A stretch of DNA of 64,000 bases from Octopus vulgaris (Eukaryota): assembly GCA_951406725.2 (NCBI GenBank), contig OX597819.1, positions 21,576,001 to 21,640,000 of the forward strand, written 5' to 3'. Positions 13,893-24,795 of this stretch are shown piece by piece. Made by a program: the position numbers and the translations under genes. The first letter of the stretch is position 1. Every line of letters begins with the position of its first letter. The notes under the pieces were generated by a model. It searched no databases and was not told the origin of the DNA. It saw only the letters and a program-made list of their open reading frames with translations.

Positions 13893-13936
13893 ACACCTGA
13901 TGAAGGCTGGAAGGTATATCAGCTGAAACGTTATGT
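13893..13936 (+). ncRNA. Minimal hammerhead motif, right arm
   Basis: ACAC-CTGATGA-A-GGCTG gaaggtatat CAGCT-GAAA-CG-TT-ATGT; palindromic AACGTT stem III typical of Penelope-associated minimal hammerheads. Confidence 0.65.
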
Positions 13937-14096
13937 TAACAAGAAACAAGATGAGGACAAATATACATCAAATGTAAATAACTAAAATACTTTGTTGTAA
14001 TTCTGCTTTCAATACATTTTATGCAAGATTTTCCTCCACGAATAGGTGTTGATGAGAAGAGAGAGAGAGAGAGACTAAGTTCTAAGTTCTCTGCAA

Positions 14097-14181
<85 letters not shown>

Positions 14182-14353
14182 GAGAGAGAGATCATTAATG
14201 TTCACTGTAATACTAGACAACCGAGAGGATTCTCCAACAATATGTTCGAACAATACTTACCGTGGCAACCCACAATAAATTGACCCTTACGAAACAACAT
14301 ATATAATCCATGTCCATTGTGAGATGCTACGAAAGTTAGACAGCCCCTGTCTG

Positions 14354-14414
<61 letters not shown>

Positions 14415-14799
14415 GGTAAAATCCAAGCATTAAGGTGTAATAAGCTTAACTTTCGGGAACCTTAGTGATTTATTGACGAAGAAAGTTCTACATCTTTCCC
14501 ATATCAACGTTCGGTAAGTTGAAAAAAGTTATCTTATAGTTGAAGGTTAGCAGCTTGGGGTGCTGTGTGTCTGCGAATAAAAATCCCAAATTTGGGAATG
14601 GAATTGACAAAATCTAGGCTGAAACATAGGTTTCAACGGTAGCATAACTACGGACGTAGTAAATACCCAAATGTGGGGTAATCCGCGAGCGACTGGTCGT
14701 ACCAAAGATATCTTACAAAATGAAGATTATTTCGTCGTTAAGGGATCCTATGTTAACTTGAAGGAAATTTGATCGAATACACACACACGTTTATATGTA

Positions 14800-14995
14800 T
14801 CTATTCTTTTATTTGTTTCAGTCATTTGACTGCGGTCATGCTGGAGCACCACCTTTAGTCGAGCAAATCTACCCCAGGGCTCATTCTTTGTAAGCCGAGT
14901 ATTTATTCTATCAGTCTCTCTTGCCGAACCACTAAACACACCAACATCCGTTGTGAAGCGATGTTAGGGGGACAAACACAGACACACAAACAGAT

Positions 14996-15045
<50 letters not shown>

Positions 15046-15181
15046 GACGGGCTTCTTTCAGTTTCCGTCTATTAAATCTACTCACAAGGCTTTGGTCGGC
15101 CCGAGGCTATAGTAGAAGACACTTGCCCAAGATGCCACGCAGTGGGACTGAACCTGGAACCATGTGGTTGGTAAGCAAGCT
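14800..15181 (-). mobile_element. SINE family A copy with internal (TA)/(TG) microsatellite
   Basis: Reverse complement of the family A sequence (compare 55292-55811). Confidence 0.85.
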
Positions 15182-15195
15182 CATTTATTTCATAT

Positions 15196-16560
15196 AATTT
15201 GCTACAAGGGCATTACACAGAGTAAGAAGCTTGTGGGCTGGACGTAGACAAAATACGATGAAATGAAAACATAATGATAAAGATGAGGAGGATGTCGGCG
15301 CCCACCGGCCAACAAGCCCTCGAATACAATTTTTCTAATACAAAAATTCAAAAATATCAATACAAATAAGGCTCCTAATCGGAGCCCCAAGCAAGTTGAC
15401 TTACCGCCTGCAGACAACTCGGCACCGACAAGTCGGGGCCCGTGAAGAGGAAAGCAAACTCTTTCTTGTCAATTGATAGAATTTTTATGTTCTATTACCT
15501 CCGCAGCCACCTCCGGAGGCCATAATGGACTGCTTATGCAGCCTGAGTATCTGTGGTCTCAGTCGCCCAGGCCGTCCAAAAATTCTCCCACAGGCCCTCC
15601 CTCGTGACAAAGGAAGATAAACTCCTCCTCCTCCTCACGGGAAGGGGCCTCAAGCTGCTCCGTCAGTGGCACACTTCCCATAGACGAAGCCTTTTCTGCT
15701 GGTGACACACATACCACCGGTGGTTCAGTCGGCGGCACGGGGACATCCGCCGGCTGTTCTCTGCTCCTCTTTTTCCTCTTTCTTTTAGAGGCTACGGGAG
15801 CAGGGACAAAAGACGGCGGGCACAGGGGCACTATCCCCCCGTTTCCCGTGCCGCTTGCCCATTTTATGGTGGGCAACCATTGTTGCTCACCTTTCTTTTT
15901 CTCTTCGTGGAGGCAACTTCCTTCATGACTTCTACCGTCTCCTCCAACACAGGGGGTGGGGTGGGCACCTTACTTTCCTGTGCCTGAGCCATGTTACGGC
16001 CCCGGGGGCAGTCCTTCCTAATGTGGTCAGGCTCCAGGCAAGAGTGACACTTGGGGCGGGGCGACCCTCAAGTATCACCGGATACCTGCAGCCAGTCATT
16101 TTTAGGAAGTCCGGGAATACCATTTCGTCTGCGGCCGATGGGGTCCATAAGGTCAAAATTGCTTTTGACCCCCTCCCAGTCGATCGCTGGCGTCATTCTT
16201 ACATATATGAGCATGGGCCCACTATCTCCCACTCACTGCCGGATGGTATCACCAATTCAGCCTGCCTTTGTGCACAGGAGTAGCCCACATACCCAGGCTT
16301 TTATCACCCTCCTCCCACAATAAGTGGAGAGGAACATAATTTCTTGCCCCACAAGGGGCTCGCTGGAAAATCTGCCAGCTTCCTCGGGGGTACCAAACAG
16401 CAACCAGACCGTTGCAAATTTGGTCCGGCCGTGAAATAAATTTTATAATTGGCAGGTAGTCAGCCAACTCTTTCTCTATCACATCTTGTCGAAGAGGGCG
16501 ATGGCACCATGCGACCTAGAATAGGTCCGTAGTACCACCGTCTTCTTCTCGAGATCTTTA
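15196..16560 (-). mobile_element. Decayed ORF1/gag-like (CCHC knuckle) retroelement lacking RT; L1/Tx1-type ORF1
   Basis: Minus strand reads VILEGRP, then a frameshift, then KCHSCLEPDHIRKDCP (CX2CX4HX4C), followed by Lys/Pro/Glu-rich low complexity. 3' end CTCTGTGTAATGCCCTTGTAGCAAAT. GC-rich relative to the flanks. Confidence 0.7.
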
Positions 16561-16584
16561 ATCCACTTTAATCCAAAACATATA

Positions 16585-16660
16585 GTCCGGTCCGGGAATC
16601 GAACTAACAACTTCATGATTTTGTGCCCGATGCTGTAACCACTGAGCCAGGTGCCTGCAC
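16585..16660 (-). mobile_element. Degenerate tRNA-derived SINE head
   Basis: Reverse complement TGGCTCAGTGGTTAC...AGTTCGATTCCCGG (A and B boxes). Confidence 0.55.
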
Positions 16661-16719
16661 TAATAATGCTGACAATAACATACTAAAAATAATAGGTTTA
16701 ATTTTTCTGAAACTCTCTG

Positions 16720-17010
16720 CGTGGAGGCGCGTATCCTAGAGATCAAGTTGGTGCAGTTACGATCATGATATCACGGTTTCGCTTCTCAGGTAAAGCGGTG
16801 TTCTATGTCCTTGTGCAAAATATTTCCTTCTACATTAGTCCATTCTACTCAACTGTAAATGAGGGATCCTACAAAGAACTGGCGTCCTTTTCCCGTGAAA
16901 ATGTAATCTTGGTCGCTTTTCCACTTGAGAGTCCGGGTAACCATTCCTATGAGATGGTTACCCTTGAAACTACAGACATTGCTTCTATGTGGTCGCTTGT
17001 CCCGAGAGAA
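16720..17010 (+). mobile_element. Old degenerate tRNA-derived SINE
   Basis: GTGGAGGCGCGT head, GGTTTCGCTTC B-box remnant and TGTCCTTGTGCAA...CTCAACTGTAAATGAG core-like motif. Confidence 0.45.
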
Positions 17011-18102
17011 TCTTTCTCAAATCAAATCTTAGCAACTTCAAAAAAAAAAAAAAAAGAGGAAGAAACTGTTGACGGGCGAAAGGAGAAAGAACATTCAACG
17101 GATAATGTACTTTCGAATTCATTATACCTGAATAAAAGACGGGGTGACCGCAGGGTGAACGCCTTTGATCTGGTTGTGCTCAATCACGGTTGACCTAAGG
17201 AGAAACAAAATCAACAACAAAACTTGATAGATGGTCTTTCACACAACTGAAACAACACAGAAGAGAAGTGACATATTTCTCTCGAATGTATGTGTGTATG
17301 TGAGTGTTTGAATGTGTGTAAGTGCGTGTGTGAGTTTTATGAAATAACTGACAGAAAATCTGATGTGTTTCTTCATGTATTTTTTTCAGAACTTAAACTT
17401 CATTTCTTTTTTTTTTTTTTCATATATTCTATATTTGTTCATTTGTTGACTTCCCCTCCAGCCCATGTAGGATCAATTTTCAGTATATGATAAAATTGTT
17501 GTGAACGGTCAAATAACAGGAAAACAAAGAAAAAAAACACAAAAAAAAACTTAAGAGCGGAAAATGTCCCAGGAGAGAATCCGGTTTATTTTGGCAACTT
17601 CCATGCGTCCCTTTAGAATGGAGTGTGTATAGCCCCAAACTTCCTAAATTATTTCTTGTGGCTCTTATAGGTTTGTATGAATGTATGCATGTATGTATGT
17701 ATGTACGTACGTATGTAAGTTTGTATGTAGATGTGTATGAATGTATATAGATAGATATATACATAAATATATACATACTAATATCATAAATGATATACAT
17801 GTGTGTGTGTATATATATACATGTATATACCCACACATACACTAGTATATACACAGACGTATATAAACATGCACAAACATATACACACCTATATGTATAC
17901 ATACGCACATGTACACAAATTACTGTTTTTTCTCGTTTTTTTTCTCTTGTGTATGTATTTAGATATTTGCGTATAGCTTTTCTTTTACCTAGTGTATCGA
18001 AGTCTCTCTCTCTGTATGTATGTATGTATGTATATGTACATATCTCTGTATATAGGCATTGCATATACGTACATACATTCATTCTTCCACACACAGATAT
18101 AG

Positions 18103-18215
<113 letters not shown>

Positions 18216-18309
18216 TATATGTAGCTAGATAGATAGATAGATACATACATACATACATACATTCTCATTGAAATGTTCTTTCTATTATTGTTCTTGTTAA
18301 ATAATGAAA

Positions 18310-18664
18310 AGCAAGAGAGAAACTATGAGAGAGAACAGGAGAAAAGTAGAAGAGATGAAAAGACGAAGAAGAACAACAACAAGAAAGAGGAGGATGAGGT
18401 GGTGGTGGTGTAGGAAGAGGTGGATGAAGAATGAAAAAGAGGAGGACATGAAGAACAAGGAGAAGAGGAGAGAGAAGGAGGAGATGGAGAAAAGTAGGAG
18501 GGGAGGAAGACGAAGCGGACAAAAAAGGAAAAGGAGATGAAAAATAATAGCAGTAAGAAGAAGAAGAGGAAGAAAGAAAGAAGAAGAGGAAGAGAGAAAG
18601 AAAAAGAGGAAGAGAGAAAGAAGAAGAAGAAGAAGAAGAAGAAGAAGAAGAAGAAGAAGAAGAA

Positions 18665-18696
<32 letters not shown>

Positions 18697-18712
18697 AGAC
18701 GAGGAAGAAGAA
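18310..18712. repeat. Purine-rich low complexity with (GAA)n
   Basis: Visible GAA/GAG runs. Confidence 0.9.
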
Positions 18713-19280
18713 ATCGATGGTAGTACCGTCCACGCTATTCGCCTCAAGACATAAGATTACAGTTTTGTGTTGGAATAAACTATGTCTGCGTCTATTTTGG
18801 TCGACTCATAGAGCAGCTTCCTGGCAGAGTGACAGAAAGTATAAAGAATTACACAGATTTAGAAGCGAGAGAGGGAGAATGAGAGAGAGAGAGAGAGAGA
18901 GAGGGAGAGAAAGAAGAGAGAGAGAGAGAGGTGGGAGAGCGTCTGGTGGAAAGAAATTGTGAGAAATGATGTGGTAGGGAAGGAGTCAAGATGTGTGAGT
19001 TTTGGAAAGGGTGGCGAGGGAAGTGGTGGTCATGTGAGAGATGTGGGTGGTGAGAGGAGTGGCGTTTTGTGAGGGTTATATGAGGGCGATGAGGTCGGTG
19101 GAGGCCGTGACGGCGGTGAGCAGCGGTAATCGATGAAGCAGAAAAGGACGATATATAGTCACAGTCTGATAGGCAGATGGATATATAAACACACACACAC
19201 ACACACACACACTAATACATACGCAATGAGAGAGTTAGAGAGGGAAAGAGAGAAACAGAACAGACTGACATATAGCTACT

Positions 19281-19470
<190 letters not shown>

Positions 19471-19812
19471 GAAAGTGAAAGAGAGAGAGATATCAAAAGA
19501 GATAGTGAGTGAAAGAAGCTGAGTGCTAACTATAGGAAGAGAGCCGTAGAGTGAAAGGTGAGAGAAACTCGGTGAGGAGAGAGGAGGCGAGAGAGACAGA
19601 GACAGGCAGATAGAAGAGGGAAAGGAAACGACAGAGCGCGAGAGGAAGTCATGAATAGAGAGGGAGAAGGGTAGAAGTGTGTTAATGTGGAATGAGGAGT
19701 AGCAGAGATTAAGTGATGTTGAAGTGATAGAGAAGTGAATGAGAATTGAGATTTGATAATTGACGGAGCAGAAAGGAATGGAAGAGAAAGAGAGAAAATA
19801 AGAGCGGAAGAT

Positions 19813-19885
<73 letters not shown>

Positions 19886-20864
19886 TGATGGGAGTGATTA
19901 AATAGAAATGGAGAATATGAGTGAGCGGTTTGGTGGGACGGATAAATAAAGAACTAAAAAGTATAGGCTAAATAAAGAAAGAAAATCAAGAAAGAAAAAC
20001 GAAAGAAAGGGAGGAAGAAAGTGAAAGAGAAAGACATAGAGGAAAATGAAAGGAAAGAAGGAAATCAATAAACGCGAAGGAATATTATGAAGAATGGAAA
20101 CAGGGAGGGAGTGACAAGAAGGGGTAGAGTTAGGAAAGTAAGAAAAAATAGCGAGTTTAAATTATTACAGGATAGTGAAGATATTGTGAGAATCCCAGAA
20201 GAGAAGGGGTCAAGAAGGGGAGAGGAAGAAGTATCAACTGGAAGCCCCGTGGAGGGCTGTGTCTACAAGCATTGTATCAAATCCGAAGTAGACGGGCTGA
20301 GTCCAAACAATACCCAGAAGAGCTAACATCCAGAACAGTTCGATAAGTTCACTTGCTTGAGGCGTGTGAAGTCTGACGTTTGCAGCAGGCCTTGTCCTGC
20401 GTCTGAGAGGAAGACACACACAGAAAACCACTGCAGTTGCTTTTGGGCTTTTTTTGTCCTTTTATATATATATATATATATTGGCGACTGAGACCAGTAT
20501 TTTGTTTTATTCAGACATCGGATTGTGGCAGGGACTGATGTGATGAGGCTAAAAACAAAACAAGAAGCACCATGAAATTAAGAAATATTATCTGTTCATA
20601 TCCATGAAGGCCAGTTTTCAATTTTCTTTCAATCTTTCTCACAATGAATTAGAAGCTTAGAGATTAGGGGACATTATACTACAATAGTGTGCATATGTAT
20701 AATACCTACATGTATATTCCTGGTGTTGGGGAGACTGCTTTATAGGAACATGACCAGATCCCATGGAATACAAAAATAGTGAAGTCTTGAGTCAAACAAA
20801 ATATATGTTTCACTGAGACTCTTCTTCAATGAAAAGCTCACAGTTCAAATAACAGGTGCATACG

Positions 20865-20906
<42 letters not shown>

Positions 20907-21072
20907 TAGTTATCGCCAAACTAATATGGCAGTCCAGGAAAATAGGACGAATGCTGCCGTTGATTAGCTCCAAGAGGCCATTGCCTCGAGCTAACTATGT
21001 AACACACGAACCTGTGTCCATTATAACCTTCGAACAGGGGATTTCCAGCCGCTTCCCCTTACTAGTCTGTCA

Positions 21073-21115
21073 TCTACAAACTAGTTTCGGGGTATTTGCC
21101 CCTTATCAATGTAGA
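21073..21115 (-). ncRNA. Minimal hammerhead with U3-A8 core variant inside a pLTR-like segment (about 20907-21237)
   Basis: TCTACA-TTGATAA-GGGG caaata CCCC-GAAA-CTAG-TT-TGTAGA; perfect stems I and II, palindromic stem III. Confidence 0.7.
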
Positions 21116-21237
21116 GCAGTCGAACCCAGCAGGCGTGGCTGCTGACCGTCTGTTCGAAGGATTATTTACCTATATTCAGTGGAATACATCCCCTGGTTTT
21201 CAAAAGTAGAAATATTAATATTTCTAAGTTTCTCTAG

Positions 21238-21775
21238 ATGTTCTCAGGTTCCACTGGCCCCACTCCCGAACAATACGGTCGTTATATAGACGACTGTATC
21301 GGTGCGACCTCACTCTCTCGCGAACATCTAGACTCCTTCCTCTCTTTTGTCAAATCTTTCCATCCTGCCCTCCACTTCTCCTGCACTTTCTCTGACAACT
21401 CTGCCTCCTTTCTTGACATTTCGGCCAGCATTCATCACTCCACTCTCACAACCTGCAGCCACTACAAACACACAGACTCACACTCATACCTCAACTTCTC
21501 CTCCCACCCTAAATACACAAACTTTCCATCCCCTATTCCTCATTCCTCCGTCTGCGCAGGCTCTGATGTGACGACCATAACATTGAGACTCAGTGTCAAC
21601 TCATGGCTCGCCACTTCATCCTACGTGGATATCCTCTCACTACTATCCACACCGTCCTTGCCAGAGCACGTTCCGCGGACCGTGCATCTACTGTCTCCCG
21701 CCGAACCCGCTCCGTCGTCTTCCACCTCCCGATTCCCCTCACCTAACACCCACCACCCTACCTCTCAAACGCACC
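21238..21775 (+). mobile_element. Penelope-like element reverse transcriptase fragment (palm to thumb), frameshifted
   Basis: YGRYIDDCIG...SFHPALHFS...SFLDIS...HYKHTDSHSYLNFSSHP, then in a shifted frame PYSSFLRLRRL*CDD...HFILRGYP, all characteristic of PLE RT. Confidence 0.9.
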
Positions 21776-21780
21776 ATTTT

Positions 21781-22113
21781 TATTTCGGGATGTTAATTTT
21801 CTTTTTTACGGAGATGTACCTGCATAGCAAGTGATTTGATCTGAGATCGTGTGCTGAAACGAAAACAATTGCAGCGTTTTCTTTTCCAAATAAACAGTCA
21901 CACTATGTTTTTTCTTCACTCATGGAGTAAGTGCAGCAAGAACACGCACAAAAACGAAAAGTGTCGCTGAAAAGGTCACAGATGTCTGACGAAAGATTTA
22001 CGGAAAATGGACATGATGAAATAATGAAATAAGAATAGAAATAGATGAGTGAAGAAAAATATATAATGCGTGTGGTTATTTCTCAAAAAAAAAAAAATGT
22101 CCGTCCCGAAATA
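21781..22113. mobile_element. MITE-like element with short TIRs
   Basis: Left TATTTCGGGATG..ATTTT; right reverse complement TATTTCGGGACG..CATTTT. It truncates the PLE RT fragment. Confidence 0.55.
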
Positions 22114-22145
22114 CAACAGTATCTTTTTCAGCAATCTTGCAAAAC

Positions 22146-22196
<51 letters not shown>

Positions 22197-22197
<1 letters not shown>

Positions 22198-22402
22198 TTT
22201 ATTTAAAAGCAGCAGAAATTCAACAAAACCTGTTACTCGGAGTTACACGTTTTTGAAAAAAAACTGTCCGAAGAACGGGAACGTGAAACTCTGAGTAACA
22301 GGTTTTGTTGTATTTCTGCTGCTTTTAAATAAAGCATATTACTCTACCCCTGGTATTTGAGTACTCTTTTTTACACCTTGTTTCACATTTATGTGTTTAC
22401 TC

Positions 22403-22404
<2 letters not shown>
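22197..22404 (+). mobile_element. Foldback Penelope-type pLTR fragment in (TA)n
   Basis: 22197-22253 is an inverted copy of 22280-22334; the segment contains a hammerhead. Confidence 0.75.
22264..22301 (+). ncRNA. Minimal type-I hammerhead ribozyme
   Basis: CTGT-CCGAAGA-ACG ggaa CGT-GAAA-CTC t GAG-TA-ACAG; all three stems pair, GUA site, U4C variant. Confidence 0.75.
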
Positions 22405-22439
<35 letters not shown>

Positions 22440-22451
22440 TATATACTCTTA

Positions 22452-22806
22452 CTCTCTTTTACTCATTTACTTGTTTCAGTCATTTGAGTGCGGCCATGCT
22501 GGAGCACCACCTTTAATTGAGCAACTCGACCCCGGGACTTATTCTTTGTAAGCCCAGTACTTATTCTATCGGTTTCTTTTGCAGAACCGCTAAGTGACGG
22601 GGACATAAACACACCAGCATCGGTTGTCAAGCAATGCTAGGGGGACAAACACAGATACACAAACACACACGCAATATATATATATATATATACATATATA
22701 CGACGGGTTTCTTTCAGTTTCCGTCTACCAAATCCACTGACAAGGCTCTGATTGACCCAAGGCTATAGTAGAAAACACTTACCCAAGGTGCCACGCAGTG
22801 GGACTG
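22452..22806 (-). mobile_element. SINE family A copy
   Basis: Reverse complement of the family A body and tail. Confidence 0.85.
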
Positions 22807-23980
22807 ATTTTATATGAAGCTGGTGACTTACTCTACTTTTGTAGAGTACAAATTTATTATCCTTAACCAAGAATACATATACACACTTAAATTTTATACT
22901 TGTATGCAAACAAACTGAAAAAAATCTTTCCTTTAATTTTCCCTTTTTTTTCAATAAAATTATACTTTTGATCCCATTTTTTATAAATGAATACATACAC
23001 ACCTACTCTATGAGCCCCACTTTAGCATTTATGTAGAACAGAACTTGAAGAAGTTTTATAAACGAACAACAAACAAAATCTACCTTCACGAAAGAGAAAA
23101 TTTACAATCCCTTTCTACTGACAAAATTTCTTATAGATCAATGAACACCCAGAGAGAAAAACATAAACATAGAAATACGTTTGTGAACACCAAAGGACAA
23201 GAGAGACAACCTTCCTTCCATACTAACGCAGCCATAATGTGTCTGAGTAGTGACTCCAACCTCACAAAGGAAAATAAGAGGTATCCTAAATAACAACAAC
23301 AAGCAAAGAAATGACCAGCCTAAACTCTCCATCCACCTACATCTTTTGGAGAAAGAAGTTGACACATCCGATTATTAAGGGCTTAAGTACTGGACCTTGT
23401 AGCTTTGACCTTTACCCTGAATAAATCCAATAATGTGAAAAGTAACAAGAATACTGTCGCACCTTACGCATACCTCATAATGAGAAACACCTGCACACTT
23501 GTCTACGAAGTTCTATATACATGAATAAATTCTAAACAATAGCATAACTCCAAATTTAATCAATTAAAACTTCTCCAAAACACAATTCATATATAATAAG
23601 GAAATTGTTGTATAGAGTGCTCAGGTGCAACCTACCGCAAACACAAAATCCTTATGACCACCCCCACCGAAACCCACACGCCTAAAGATGATTTTAACAA
23701 AGTCTATATAAACGTAAGACTATCTCTAATGCATCTCGGTCCGGCGATGTCTTAGATGAGAAAACTTCGTTGTCACTATCAACAATCTTCTGTGTATATA
23801 GAAATGCGTCTGTCATTGCAGGGAAACCTGTTGTTGCTGATAGTGTTGTTCTTATTCCTGTTGTTGTAACTATCCTCCTGTTTGTGGATTACTCCCAGAC
23901 AGTAACTGATTTATCTCATCTCGGCTGAAGAACATTTCAACAACAGCCAGGCTGTGGTTTATGTTTATATAACTATATTT

Positions 23981-24262
23981 ATCACCTTGACCGACCAGTC
24001 CGTCAGGCGTCCATTTGACACCGCTGGTCACAGCACGCTGTCCACTCCTCTCTGGATCGCGCCTTTCTCATCCACGCGATCCCAATCGTCCTCCTGAAAT
24101 CGTAACTCCACCGTCGTGGAGGCCTTCCGGGTGATCGTTTTCGCTCGGTTCCACCGATTATCGGTGAGCCTCGCGACGTGTCCAGCTCATCTAAACTTGC
24201 TGCGTGTATACTCTGCGATGGCATCCCTCACGCCGGACTTCTTTCTGATGTGCTCTTTCAAC
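23981..24262 (-). mobile_element. RTE-clade LINE 3' end
   Basis: HIRKKSGVRDAIAEYTRSKFR*AGHVARLTDNRW...KRSPGRPPRRWSYDFRRTIGIAWMRKARSREEW, the RTE C-terminal WAGH/GRP..RW signature. Confidence 0.85.
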
Positions 24263-24385
24263 AAGATACCAAGTATTATGATATATATATATAATAAGGA
24301 AAATGTTGTATAGAGTGCTCAGGTGCAACCTACCGCAAACACAAAATCCTTATGACCACCACACCAAAACCCACACGCCTAAAGA

Positions 24386-24722
<337 letters not shown>

Positions 24723-24723
24723 A

Positions 24724-24795
<72 letters not shown>

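Larger units (their letters stand above)
13426..13982. mobile_element. Palindromic element with two head-to-head tRNA-like heads, each followed by (AAT/AAC)n and a hammerhead-bearing tail; 14-bp TSD
   Basis: TAAAATACTTTGTT at 13412-13425 and 13983-13996. The arms are inverted copies about an axis near 13748. Each head has GGCGTAGTGG (A box) and GAGTTCGATTCC (B box). Confidence 0.85.

Noticed and set aside
14261-14350. Minus-strand exon candidate ending in G|GTAAGTA
   Set aside because: There is no polypyrimidine acceptor (it is preceded by (CA)n) and no recognisable peptide.
18265-19208. Poly-K/S/F and His-rich ORFs
   Set aside because: They derive from (GAA)n and purine-rich low complexity; there is no domain or splice support.
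20370-20412. Possible heavily decayed hammerhead on the minus strand
   Set aside because: Both core strands deviate at several positions and it cannot be distinguished from chance.
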